DNA from: a virus
Direction: 5' to 3' (one strand)
IMG/VR virus record: IMGVR_UViG_3300030107_006047
Coordinates: 1 to 64,000 of that record
DNA: 64,000 bases
The notes under the pieces are model-generated. The model was not told the origin of the DNA and did not search any database. It worked only from the letters and a program-made list of their open reading frames with translations. The position numbers were made by a program, and so were the translations under genes. Shown here in pieces: positions 38,814 to 47,639 of the stretch; position 1 is the first letter of the stretch, and each line of letters opens with the position of its first letter.

Positions 38814-39814
38814 TGAGTAGGCGTAGCCGATTTGATGTTGGGCTATACGCCCCAAGGGTTAGCCGGATCCCCACCTTTATTCCAAGACGTGGCCCCAAAA
38901 CCCCTGCTTCTGGCGGCGGGAACGCTTGGAAGGATTGGGTGGATTTTGATTTGTCCAAGATTGCTGACGTATCTGAATGGAAGAAGATTGAAGGCGATGG
39001 GATCGGTGATATTAACGTCACAGCCGCAATGTCTGGCGACCAACTACACATTACGCTTCCTGATATTGGGAGCAACTACAACCTAAGAAACCAGGGCAAC
39101 CAACAAAAGGGGCTTTGGTTTATCAAGAAGGTAAAGTTTGCTCCCTGGGCAAACCAGGCGACTCCAGCAGGGGAGGCTGCGAACAGCTATCAAAGTGAGA
39201 GCACCCTTTTCAAAATGGAGATGCAGTTCGATCATACCAACGGACCCATCAACGGAACTTCCGACCAAAGCTACGGCCACAATGTTCACGCTGCATGCGG
39301 TATTATCGCCTACAGTTCTGATCAAGGAACAGATCCTCCGTTGCCCGGCAGCAGCGCTGAGTACGCTGGCGTGTATGTTAGGAAGCACAGGGCGCAAGAT
39401 CCGAACACGTTTTCGCACGGCACCCAAAAGTTTAGCATGTATCAATCTGGCCTTTTTTCCCGTCTGGGAAAAGCCCCAGGGGATGGTCGTATTTGGAGGA
39501 ACCAGGACGGAGCAGACGCAACATCGCATGATGCTATCGTCTTTCAAGCGGGAATCTCCACCAACATTACCACCCATCCTATTGGATCTTACAATGAGAA
39601 CATGCCTTGCGGCTCTTACGCGACAACGACTCCTTTCGGCCCAATGGTAAAAGGAACGGCGCTTTCAAACAACTCTACTCGTTTTGGAGGAAAGCACCTC
39701 TATTTGGCATGCTGGTTCGGATTTGATACAACGAGCCAGAAAGGCGGGGTTATTCGCATCAAAAAACTGAGGTACTTGCTTCAGCCTCTTGCTGCACGCG
39801 CCGCACTGGAGTAG
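38813..39814 (+). CDS. Hypothetical virion protein, possibly receptor-binding
   Basis: 333 aa, beta-rich, 1-nt overlap with the previous gene. Confidence 0.5.
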   Translation: MSRRSRFDVGLYAPRVSRIPTFIPRRGPKTPASGGGNAWKDWVDFDLSKIADVSEWKKIEGDGIGDINVTAAMSGDQLHITLPDIGSNYNLRNQGNQQKGLWFIKKVKFAPWANQATPAGEAANSYQSESTLFKMEMQFDHTNGPINGTSDQSYGHNVHAACGIIAYSSDQGTDPPLPGSSAEYAGVYVRKHRAQDPNTFSHGTQKFSMYQSGLFSRLGKAPGDGRIWRNQDGADATSHDAIVFQAGISTNITTHPIGSYNENMPCGSYATTTPFGPMVKGTALSNNSTRFGGKHLYLACWFGFDTTSQKGGVIRIKKLRYLLQPLAARAALE

Positions 39815-39817
39815 TTC

Positions 39818-40105
39818 ATGGCTTCAATATGTTTGTTTGAGACAACTGGCACAAGCGCAGCCGACGATATCGTCGCCGCTGTAGAGGCCGGGGAGTTGTG
39901 GGGAGTAAACATGGGCTCCACATCTAAAAGTTCTTCCTATTCTAACTATGCTTTGGTTGAATGCACTTCCAACCGGGCTCTTCAAGTTACGGATTCGATT
40001 CCAGATGATGTCCTTCTTCGTATCGTTCAAGACGAAGTCCCCAGTTTTACAGATGCTGGCACCAACGAAAAAGCGTGGTATTTACTGGGGATGAATGGGG
40101 GCTAA
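39818..40105 (+). CDS. Hypothetical protein
   Basis: GGAG SD and tight packing. Confidence 0.55.
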   Translation: MASICLFETTGTSAADDIVAAVEAGELWGVNMGSTSKSSSYSNYALVECTSNRALQVTDSIPDDVLLRIVQDEVPSFTDAGTNEKAWYLLGMNGG

Positions 40106-40108
40106 TGA

Positions 40109-40300
40109 ATGGAACAACGTGTACGAAAGCTCGAAACTGATGTAGCAGTCCTTGGTCAGCGCGTTGACACCACGGAGGCTGAGGTGTCGGCTATTCGAGA
40201 AGACATTCAAGGCATTAAGAAAGAGATCCACAAGGCACAGGGGCTGATCCTTGCGACGGTGGTGATCATGCAATGCATCGCGATCTTTATGGAAGGGTGA
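40109..40300 (+). CDS. XhlA/holin-like peptide
   Basis: N-terminal coiled coil (EQRVRKLE...) and C-terminal hydrophobic helix LILATVVIMQCIAIF. Confidence 0.55.
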   Translation: MEQRVRKLETDVAVLGQRVDTTEAEVSAIREDIQGIKKEIHKAQGLILATVVIMQCIAIFMEG

Positions 40301-40301
40301 T

Positions 40302-40463
40302 GTGGAGGCGGATGTAGTAGCGAGCTACCTGGACTTAGGCATGACTTGCGGCTTCATTGCGTACCTCATCAACACAAATCGACGACAGGGCAAAGCCCTC
40401 ACGATGATGACCCGAAAGTATGAAGAGCTTTTCGAGCGGGTGCTAAAGAAGGAACGTGAGTGA
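40302..40463 (+). CDS. BhlA-like holin-type peptide (53 aa, not in the ORF track)
   Basis: Hand translation MEADVVASYLDLGMTCGFIAYLINTNRRQGKALTMMTRKYEELFERVLKKERE: hydrophobic N-terminus and charged C-terminus. Fills the gap between neighbours. Confidence 0.55.
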   Translation: MEADVVASYLDLGMTCGFIAYLINTNRRQGKALTMMTRKYEELFERVLKKERE

Positions 40464-40719
40464 AGGCTCGACCAATCCTTTGTCCAACATGCCCCCGTGG
40501 GGCTGGATATTAGTTTATCTTGCTGGCGGCTCTGCAATAGGTGTTGGCGGTCTTGAGCTTACTCACAGTTCTCATAGCCAAGAGAATGAATGCCCCGATC
40601 CAGGCTTTGCTCTTCACGAAGCGGAAAAAGAAATAGACGAACTAAGAAAGGCTCACGAGTCAATGGTCTCCAGTATTGGTATGATTTCTGGGTTATTGTC
40701 TCAATGCCAACAGCAATAG
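40456..40719 (+). CDS. Small membrane-anchored coiled-coil protein
   Basis: WGWILVYLAGGSAIGVGGL transmembrane segment followed by heptads. AAGGA SD. Confidence 0.55.
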   Translation: MSEGSTNPLSNMPPWGWILVYLAGGSAIGVGGLELTHSSHSQENECPDPGFALHEAEKEIDELRKAHESMVSSIGMISGLLSQCQQQ

Positions 40720-40728
40720 GAGGTTGAT

Positions 40729-41115
40729 TTGGCAACCTATACAAAGTTAAATCTGTCTCCAGGTGGCACTGAGGGTGATGGAAACCCAATCCCCATCACA
40801 GATACCAGCGGCAACGGTTCTTTTATCCATGACACATCCAACGATGAAACCAAACAGGATGAGGTTTGGCTTTGGGCTGCCAACATTCACACTGCGGATG
40901 TACAGGTGACTCTTCATGTTGGTTATCTCAACTCTGGCTCTGCTGCTGTCACTGAGCAAATGATTGTCACTCTGCCATCTAAGTCAGGGTGGACGCTGAT
41001 CTTACAAGGCATTCCCCTCCGGTCTAGCGGCTCAACACCTCGTCGTGTCGCCGCGATTGCTGGCACCGCTAACGTGGTAAATATTGTAGGTTACGTCAAC
41101 AGGATCTCTTCGTAA
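40729..41115 (+). CDS. Small virion protein (paralogue of 38460-38813)
   Basis: DEVWLWAAN...NVVNIVGYVNR. AGGAGG SD, TTG start. Confidence 0.65.
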   Translation: MATYTKLNLSPGGTEGDGNPIPITDTSGNGSFIHDTSNDETKQDEVWLWAANIHTADVQVTLHVGYLNSGSAAVTEQMIVTLPSKSGWTLILQGIPLRSSGSTPRRVAAIAGTANVVNIVGYVNRISS

Positions 41116-41351
41116 TGAAGTGGCAGGATGACAGAGCCTACACTGACTGGCTAGTAGAACAAGAATACGCTGTGGTAAAGGGCGATACGGTTTCTCCGTA
41201 TTTGAGCAATGGCGTAGTTCTTTATATGCATGAAGCATGGGCCGCTGGTCATCAAGAGGCAGTTCAGCCTAAACCGCTAATATGCCAATGCGAGACCTGC
41301 AGGAATATTAGAAATAGGAAGGAGGACGATGGCGCACTTCTCACTGGATGA
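41115..41351 (+). CDS. Hypothetical protein with a C-terminal CxCxxC motif
   Basis: TAATG overlap with the previous gene. Confidence 0.5.
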   Translation: MKWQDDRAYTDWLVEQEYAVVKGDTVSPYLSNGVVLYMHEAWAAGHQEAVQPKPLICQCETCRNIRNRKEDDGALLTG

Positions 41352-41817
41352 GTTTGTTGGGGCAATTCAAGAGGCAGTAGTCAGGTCTACGGACATCGCT
41401 GAAACGCATGAGCTGAATCACATTCAGCAAGAAGAGTACTGGATTGACACTGGCGAAAAGGCTGATGACGGTACTCCTATTTATAAGCCACGCATGGTGA
41501 CAGTCCGGCTACCTATGTGGGAAGACGGCAAGCAAACCGAAAGGGACATACAGGTCCCCATGCAGACCCTTGTCACAGGGCAGTCATTGGCTATTGAGGC
41601 CCTCACTGTAGAAATGGATGTAGAGCTTCAAGGTATGGAGGACGGGGCCGACATCGGATGTACCCACAGAAAGCTGAAGATAAATCCATCTATCGGTGGA
41701 AATGGGTGGTTTGCTAAAAAGCGGAATACTGCTAAGATTTCCATAACTTTTAAAGGGCAGGAACCTCCAGAAGGTTATGCTCGAATTGATAATCAACTCA
41801 TCAAACTGCTTCCATAG
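41329..41817 (+). CDS. DUF2589-like protein (short type)
   Basis: SLDEFVGAIQEAV...IQVPMQTLV..QSLAIEALTVEM...KISITFKGQEPPEGYARI. AGGAGG SD. Confidence 0.75.
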   Translation: MAHFSLDEFVGAIQEAVVRSTDIAETHELNHIQQEEYWIDTGEKADDGTPIYKPRMVTVRLPMWEDGKQTERDIQVPMQTLVTGQSLAIEALTVEMDVELQGMEDGADIGCTHRKLKINPSIGGNGWFAKKRNTAKISITFKGQEPPEGYARIDNQLIKLLP

Positions 41818-41826
41818 GAGAAAACA

Positions 41827-42465
41827 ATGGCAGATGGCCTTGTAAAAATGTCCGATCAGTTTGGCGGTTTGCCGATGGACCAACTGATTGGTGGTCCTTT
41901 GAAAGCAGCCTGTGACTCTCAGGTTCAGCTTGCCAAAGCAACCGCTGATTTTATCCAAAACGTTGGCCTTGAGACTGATGCCAACGGGGTGATGAAGGCT
42001 CGCACGGTGGACTTTACCTATTCCAAGCCTGTCAACGACGGCAATGGTGGGTATACCGAGGTCACGAATCAGCTCGACGTGCCCATTCTTGCGATTCTCA
42101 ACACTCCTTCTCTCCAAGTGAAAGAGGTTGAAGTAGACTTCACGATGGAAGTGAAGTCGAGCACGTCATCCAAATCAAGCCGGGACTACGAAGCTACTCT
42201 TGATACAGAAATCAAAGCAGGCTGGGGTCCGGTTAGTGTTGATGTAAAGATTCACGGATCGGTTTCTGCTAAGAGCGAGAATGCCCGGTCTTCTGACAAC
42301 TCAGCGAAGTACAACGTCAAGGTCATCGCTCGCGACGACGGTATGCCAGAAGGTCTGAAGCGTTGTTTGGACATCGTTCAACAGGCGATTGCAGAAAAGC
42401 CTCAAGCTGGGCCTCCTGTGAACCAGCCCGTGAACCCACCAGCACCCTCTGGGAGGAATGGATAG
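41827..42465 (+). CDS. DUF2589-like protein (long type)
   Basis: FGGLPMDQLIGGPLKAACDSQ..LAKATADFI..VG...VPILAILNTPSLQV..V.VDF.MEV...SAKYNVKV.A....MPEGLKRCLDI. Confidence 0.85.
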   Translation: MADGLVKMSDQFGGLPMDQLIGGPLKAACDSQVQLAKATADFIQNVGLETDANGVMKARTVDFTYSKPVNDGNGGYTEVTNQLDVPILAILNTPSLQVKEVEVDFTMEVKSSTSSKSSRDYEATLDTEIKAGWGPVSVDVKIHGSVSAKSENARSSDNSAKYNVKVIARDDGMPEGLKRCLDIVQQAIAEKPQAGPPVNQPVNPPAPSGRNG

Positions 42466-42822
42466 ATGGCTTTTTATACTGGTAAAAATTCAATCACCCA
42501 AACCGACTTCATCCTTACAGACAACGATGTTGACGAGAGCGCTGTTGATGACGTGTTTGGTGGCTCGGCTACGGTCTACAGCCTGTACATTGAAAACGCA
42601 AGCTCGTTAGCTCACCTGAAGATCTACGATACCGCCGACCCCGTGGTTGGAACCACGGCACCGGACATCGTTCTTCAGGCCGTGGCTTCGGAGGAACTCA
42701 TGTGGCAGATTGTTGACGGCCTTGCCTTTACAAACTTTAGCTATGCCTGCGTTCAAGAAGACGGAACGGGCGGTACTACCGCGCCGGCAGGAACTGTAAA
42801 ACTCCACGCGGTTGTGAGGTAA
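42466..42822 (+). CDS. Small virion protein (paralogue of 42825-43190)
   Basis: LKIYD...VVGTTAPD...GTGGTTAP. Confidence 0.6.
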   Translation: MAFYTGKNSITQTDFILTDNDVDESAVDDVFGGSATVYSLYIENASSLAHLKIYDTADPVVGTTAPDIVLQAVASEELMWQIVDGLAFTNFSYACVQEDGTGGTTAPAGTVKLHAVVR

Positions 42823-42824
42823 AC

Positions 42825-43190
42825 ATGGCCCTTTCTTTAATTGGTGTAATTGCAGATGCGGGCAGCACTCATGCAGTACAAACAGACGCTACCGCTGAGG
42901 TTGATACTTTGAAGGCGGGCAGCGGTACGCTTTACAAAGTAGAAATCGACAACAGTGCGAACAACGTTGCTGTGTATGTGAAGCTTTGGCTGCTTACAAG
43001 CACGGTTACTGTTGGGACGACCGATCCTCACTACATTTTTAAATGCCCTGCGTCGGTTACCCGCGTGTATTCATGCCCTAAGGGTGCGGCGTTTGCTACC
43101 GGACTTAAGGCCGCGTGCGTCACAACGGGTGGAACGGCTGGGACATCCAACCCAACCAATGATGTGATCTACAGGATTCTGTACACTTGA
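42825..43190 (+). CDS. Small virion protein (paralogue of 42466-42822)
   Basis: VKLW...TVGTTDPH...GGTAGTSNP. Confidence 0.6.
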   Translation: MALSLIGVIADAGSTHAVQTDATAEVDTLKAGSGTLYKVEIDNSANNVAVYVKLWLLTSTVTVGTTDPHYIFKCPASVTRVYSCPKGAAFATGLKAACVTTGGTAGTSNPTNDVIYRILYT

Positions 43191-43227
43191 TGTTACTGAA
43201 TCGGGAAATTGGGCTTAGAAGTAAAAC

Positions 43228-43434
43228 ATGAAGACCTATAAGAGCGAGTCGTACAGGATAAGGTCTTTTGAAACCAAGAAGATCAACAAGAAATCCGTGA
43301 CGATTGTTCGGACAAAAGTTAGCGGCACGACACGGCCTCCTGGTCAGGAGCCTACGAAAGGTTCGAGTCGCACGGAAAGATTCGCCTTGTTGCCTGGTCA
43401 GGAGGCCAACCATGCTGTTGAAGAAGGGAAGTAG
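43228..43434 (+). CDS. Small basic hypothetical protein
   Basis: Fills the gap and overlaps the endolysin start. No recognisable motif. Confidence 0.35.
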   Translation: MKTYKSESYRIRSFETKKINKKSVTIVRTKVSGTTRPPGQEPTKGSSRTERFALLPGQEANHAVEEGK

Positions 43435-44218
43435 GGGGCAAGAGGTAAAAGACGTACAGGCCCTGCTAAACGATAAAGGTTACGGACAAATCGGTGTCGA
43501 TGGAATCTTTGGACGAGGCACGGAGAAGGCCGTTAAACGCTTCCAGAAAGCGTCAGGTCTGTCTGCCGATGGAATCGTAGGGCCTAACACCCTCAAGGCT
43601 TTACAAGCCGCTGAAGAGCCAAAGCAGCCTGAAGTGTCTGATGAGCCACCACCTATCATTGGTGTGTTGAAAGAAAAGGGCTACGAGGTCTACACCGATG
43701 GCCAGATCAACACGATTGGTGTGCGCTCAAACAACCCGATCTCCAATAGCTTCGATGATGAGATGCACTTGGTGTGGGTGAAGAACGGATTGTGGCAGCA
43801 CAAGAAGTACAGAATTACCACGGACCCAGGCACTTATTGCTTAGAACATCCTGAGGTCTACGGTCGTGCCGCTGGCACGGCCATCATGGTGCCTGGTTCC
43901 TACCGCGCCTACAAGTGGGATATGCACCGTGGAAAGTATGAAACTCTGTGCCAGAGGGCATCGCCCATCCGCGTCTGGCGTGATGGAAACCGCGATAATA
44001 TACTTGATTTCGGACACGAAGATGACCTCGGAACCGAGGGGTGGTACGGCGTGAATTTGCATCACGCAGGGGCTAACTCTACGCGAGTAGACAAGTGGTC
44101 GGCGGGCTGCCAGGTGTTTGCCCGAATCGCAGACTGGGAGGAAGCGGTTAAGATCTGGAAGGCATCGGAGGCTGAGGTCTTTACTTATACCCTCATCACC
44201 GAAGATGACCTGTCTTAG
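43412..44218 (+). CDS. Endolysin: peptidoglycan-binding domain plus a His/Cys (YkuD-like) catalytic domain
   Basis: LKKGSRGQEVKDVQALL...DGIFGRGTEKAVKRFQ...DGIVGPNT, then GVNLHHAG...WSAGCQV. GGAGG SD before ATG 43412. Confidence 0.85.
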   Translation: MLLKKGSRGQEVKDVQALLNDKGYGQIGVDGIFGRGTEKAVKRFQKASGLSADGIVGPNTLKALQAAEEPKQPEVSDEPPPIIGVLKEKGYEVYTDGQINTIGVRSNNPISNSFDDEMHLVWVKNGLWQHKKYRITTDPGTYCLEHPEVYGRAAGTAIMVPGSYRAYKWDMHRGKYETLCQRASPIRVWRDGNRDNILDFGHEDDLGTEGWYGVNLHHAGANSTRVDKWSAGCQVFARIADWEEAVKIWKASEAEVFTYTLITEDDLS

Positions 44219-44226
44219 GAGACGTA

Positions 44227-44448
44227 ATGGAAAAGCTCAAAGAACTTTGGAAAAAGCTCAACCCTAAAGTGGCCCTGATTGGAGGAGTCGTGGTTATCTC
44301 GACCTCTCTTGGCACTTGTCATCTCATGGATTCAGAGGATAAACCAGAGGCCCCTGCCGCTGAAGAAGCTCCCGCTGAAGTTCCTGAAAAAGAAAATGAA
44401 GTTCCTCCTGCTGAAGAACAGGAAGGGGACGCTGCTCAACCAGCGTAA
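44227..44448 (+). CDS. Small membrane protein after the endolysin (possible lysis accessory)
   Basis: Basic N-terminus, hydrophobic stretch ending LGTC, acidic tail. AGGAG SD. Confidence 0.55.
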   Translation: MEKLKELWKKLNPKVALIGGVVVISTSLGTCHLMDSEDKPEAPAAEEAPAEVPEKENEVPPAEEQEGDAAQPA

Positions 44449-44465
44449 AGAAGAGAAAGAAAAAG

Positions 44466-44502
44466 AAGCCCCGCTGGCAAACACCAGCGGGGCTTTATTT
44501 TT
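44466..44502. terminator. Bidirectional terminator between the convergent late and early arms
   Basis: A-rich run, then AAGCCCCGCTGG-caaaca-CCAGCGGGGCTT, then TATTTTT. Confidence 0.9.
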
Positions 44503-44541
44503 AGCAAACAGCCTGGGAGGGACTGCTTGTAAAGCATATCA

Positions 44542-45192
44542 CTACAACGTGTCAGGCTTTGCCTTTTCTTTCCCGACATTTTCAAATGTATCGGTCGAGA
44601 CTTTCTCTTTAGCCATCACACCAATCAAGTCTTTCAGCAGCGACTTCAGCTCGGAATCGTTACTCGAGTCACCTTTTGCAGCGAGCGCATCAAGAACCTC
44701 AGTTGGGAGGGCCTGTGCCTTCACGTTGACGTTCATGGCTGGCGCTCCGTTGTGATACTGAAGATCATCCTTGTTCAAGGCATCAACCCACTTGCATGCA
44801 AGCATCACCGACTCCATATTGTTGGAGTCTTTTCGGATGTCCACTTCATATTCAGCAAGCTTCCATTGACCGTTTCCTTGGGAGTGAGAAATGTTCTTCT
44901 CCATATGCTCAAGGCAGAGCCCAATCTGGTTGGCAAACAGTGCTGCCGACACATTGCCGAGGGTATGCGCCAGTTCCCATTTAGCGGAGCGGAGCCGAGA
45001 GCGGTGGTGTTTCCAGGCTTTCCGGGTCTTGGCGTCGATTTGGTTTAAGTCCAACACCTGACGGACAATAGCTACAAGCTCAGATGACTGAAGCACCATG
45101 CTCTTTTTGTTGTCTTCATTATTGTGCTTTGGACCAACGGTTCCAAGCTTCCGCTTTTGGTTTTGATCTTTGATTTCTTCAAGAAGGCTCAC
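44542..45192 (-). CDS. Hypothetical protein
   Basis: 216 aa, 4-nt overlap with recT. Confidence 0.65.
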   Translation of the reverse strand: MSLLEEIKDQNQKRKLGTVGPKHNNEDNKKSMVLQSSELVAIVRQVLDLNQIDAKTRKAWKHHRSRLRSAKWELAHTLGNVSAALFANQIGLCLEHMEKNISHSQGNGQWKLAEYEVDIRKDSNNMESVMLACKWVDALNKDDLQYHNGAPAMNVNVKAQALPTEVLDALAAKGDSSNDSELKSLLKDLIGVMAKEKVSTDTFENVGKEKAKPDTL

Positions 45193-46109
45193 GGTTCATC
45201 TCCTAAATATTCTAATGCAAAGTCGTCTTCGACTGGTGGCGCGACATCTGGTTTAGCCAGCACCTCTGCTGCCTTGCTTTTCTTCTTCCGTCGCTTGGTT
45301 TTCTTATCTACTTCAACAGAATCTACATCGATTGGCTCCATTGTAGCAATGAGTTCTGTCTGACCTTCCTCTTTTAGGTCATCAAGGACAGGCTTTGGAA
45401 TGAACAGTTCTTGGTCTTTGCCGGTGATGTCGGCGCTCGTGTCGTGCTCAAGAACCGTCTTGGCCTCTGCAGTCAGTGGCAAGTACTTGCAGATGCGTCG
45501 AATAACTGTCTTGCGCCACATCTCTTCGGTGTGGCTTTTCCATGGGCCGCTTCCTCCGCTACGAGAGTTGTCTCGAATCTTTTCGATTTGATCCTTTCGC
45601 ATCACCTCGACCTGTCGTTGCCCGTCTTTGAAAAAGCACACGGCATAGGCAAGCTTTGGCTCACCGACCTCTCCGTCATAGCTGGGCTTGTGCCTCAGCA
45701 CTTCGCCCTCTTCAAGATCAAAGTAATGCTCAAAGGCTTCGCCTTCGTGTACAACCCTGGCTACAAAGTTAGCGATCTCGCCTGACCGGCGAACCAACTC
45801 CATCAGCCCGGTATAGTCAATCCACAACTCGGCATCGTGAGTCTTCTTTCGCGAGTTCCAGATGGGAACAAGGTGCGCCCTGTGTAGCACTCCACCAGCA
45901 ACAAGGTTGAGTTGGCAGGCTTTGGCAAGGGCCATGTAAATCGATTGCGGTGAGCAAGACAGAAGCCTCTCGTTCTTGGCGGCCTCAAACATTGCCAAAG
46001 AAACGATGCGATCTACGTCCGTGCCTTCGGGTGCAATCTTTCTTAGGACTCCCTTTTTTTGCTCAAGGTAGTTTCCTAAGTTCTTTCCAGGTGAAATCTC
46101 AGTACTCAT
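45189..46109 (-). CDS. recT: RecT-family single-strand annealing recombinase
   Basis: CSPQSI, AHLVP, IDYTGLMELVRRSG, GPW....EEMWRKTVIRRICKYLP. Confidence 0.95.
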   Translation of the reverse strand: MSTEISPGKNLGNYLEQKKGVLRKIAPEGTDVDRIVSLAMFEAAKNERLLSCSPQSIYMALAKACQLNLVAGGVLHRAHLVPIWNSRKKTHDAELWIDYTGLMELVRRSGEIANFVARVVHEGEAFEHYFDLEEGEVLRHKPSYDGEVGEPKLAYAVCFFKDGQRQVEVMRKDQIEKIRDNSRSGGSGPWKSHTEEMWRKTVIRRICKYLPLTAEAKTVLEHDTSADITGKDQELFIPKPVLDDLKEEGQTELIATMEPIDVDSVEVDKKTKRRKKKSKAAEVLAKPDVAPPVEDDFALEYLGDEP

Positions 46110-47065
46110 TTGTTTGTTCCTATAATTCGAAGCACCCTTGAACCGGGTTTTTCTTTAACGTATTTGTCGTACATCTCGGGGTTCTCTTCCCGAAACTTAT
46201 TCTTATCAAAGACCTTGCTTGGCTTGTTTGGCTTCCACGTTGCAACGCCTTCGATGCCTATTGCTTCACCGATGCTGAATCGGATCTCGTTCTCTATCTC
46301 TTTCTTTCTCGCTGCCAGTTCGTTGTATTGTTTCTTCACCTCGAGAAGCTCTTCGCGGAGCTGCTTGTCTTTCAACGAGGCTTCTTTCAGAAGCTCGACA
46401 TCGGGCTTGTTGTAAAGCACGCTGAGCAACCTCCTTGCGTCGTCGCTTCCATCGGGCGGCGGTGGCTTATGGCCGACAACATGCTCGTCCCACCACTCAG
46501 TGGCTATGTCGAGGATTCTCTTGCCGAGCGCCTTGTCTCTATCAATACGATAAACCCTAAAGTCATCAAGACCAAAGTACGTGGCAATATCCCAATACGG
46601 TGCGTCCGTGATCTCCATGTAGACACGCATTTGAATTTCGACATCAAGCGGTACATCTGTTCCCCCGTCGTCTCCCCAGCCTTTTCTAAATCGCCGGGTC
46701 TTGGCATCCATCCCAAAGGTTGTGCCGTTTAGTTTGACGAGCCTGTCTGGCGTCCCAAAGATCTTATCGTTCCCTGGGTGCCAGAGCAGACCACTGTCAA
46801 CAAGCTCAGCACCTTTGCCAAGCCTGTTTTCGTACATCTCAACGACGTACTTCTCCATGATTATGCCGCGCTCTGCGGCCTGCATGTCTCGGTTTTCAGA
46901 CGGTGCTTCAATCCCAACTTTGTCTGCCCATAACGAAAAAGCGCTCTTCTCAAAGCATCCCAACTTTTGAGACTTCTCCGCAGATGAACAGATGATGCAA
47001 GCAACGTCGGTTCCACCGAGACCCCGCTTCCTCTCCCTTAGCCATTCTTCTCTCGTATTATTCAT
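46106..47065 (-). CDS. YqaJ-like viral recombinase exonuclease
   Basis: REEWLRERKRGLGGTD, GTPDRL, DAKT, Q...YM. Paired with recT. Confidence 0.9.
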   Translation of the reverse strand: MNNTREEWLRERKRGLGGTDVACIICSSAEKSQKLGCFEKSAFSLWADKVGIEAPSENRDMQAAERGIIMEKYVVEMYENRLGKGAELVDSGLLWHPGNDKIFGTPDRLVKLNGTTFGMDAKTRRFRKGWGDDGGTDVPLDVEIQMRVYMEITDAPYWDIATYFGLDDFRVYRIDRDKALGKRILDIATEWWDEHVVGHKPPPPDGSDDARRLLSVLYNKPDVELLKEASLKDKQLREELLEVKKQYNELAARKKEIENEIRFSIGEAIGIEGVATWKPNKPSKVFDKNKFREENPEMYDKYVKEKPGSRVLRIIGTNK

Positions 47066-47072
47066 TGATTTG

Positions 47073-47101
47073 ATCCTATTCACTGATAGTATGTATGTCA
47101 A
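47073..47101 (-). promoter_or_regulatory. Sigma70-type promoter of the yqaJ-recT operon, probably leaderless
   Basis: Minus strand reads TTGACA-17 nt-TAGGAT-7 nt-ATG, with no SD. Confidence 0.7.
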
Positions 47102-47170
47102 TAGTTGACAGTCGATGAGCACCAGTTAATCGACAAACTATTGAAACTGTGATGTTTTTATTTTACAAAG

Positions 47171-47419
47171 GTGCTTCATATGGTGTGCGAAGATTACAGA
47201 AAGGGGCTTCCTAATGCGAGCACGAGGGCTCTGTTTGTTGATTATCTAAATCAAAAACTTGAAGAGCTTGACCTCAGCATCACGGTTTCTCACCTGAGAG
47301 AGCTTGAAAAAGGAAGAAGAATACCAAGCCTTGAGCTTGCGTTAGGCATCGAGAAGGCAACAGGGGGTGTTGTCTCCGCAAGAGAGTGGCCCGGCCTTAG
47401 CTCAAAGATACGGCGCTAA
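47171..47419 (+). CDS. XRE/Cro-like HTH regulator
   Basis: ITVSHLRELEKGRRIPSLELALGIEKATGGVVSAREW. Confidence 0.8.
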   Translation: MLHMVCEDYRKGLPNASTRALFVDYLNQKLEELDLSITVSHLRELEKGRRIPSLELALGIEKATGGVVSAREWPGLSSKIRR

Positions 47420-47638
47420 TCACCCCTCAGGTAAGTCTTGCTTCTTCTTGTAGGCTTCAAGCATTCTGTTTAGAGCCCACTTTGAACCAAGCTTATAGAA
47501 GACCCTGAGTTGCTCTCGAACATTCTCGTAGGTCTCTCCTCGAAGAACGGTGTCTCCTTCTTTGTCTTTTAGAACCCACCCTTTGTTTGTTTGCTCTAAT
47601 GTCCAGTCGCTTGGAATCCAGTTCCTCTGATCTGCCAT
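47420..47638 (-). CDS. Hypothetical protein
   Basis: GAGGA SD before MADQRNW. Confidence 0.55.
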   Translation of the reverse strand: MADQRNWIPSDWTLEQTNKGWVLKDKEGDTVLRGETYENVREQLRVFYKLGSKWALNRMLEAYKKKQDLPEG

Positions 47639-47639
47639 C

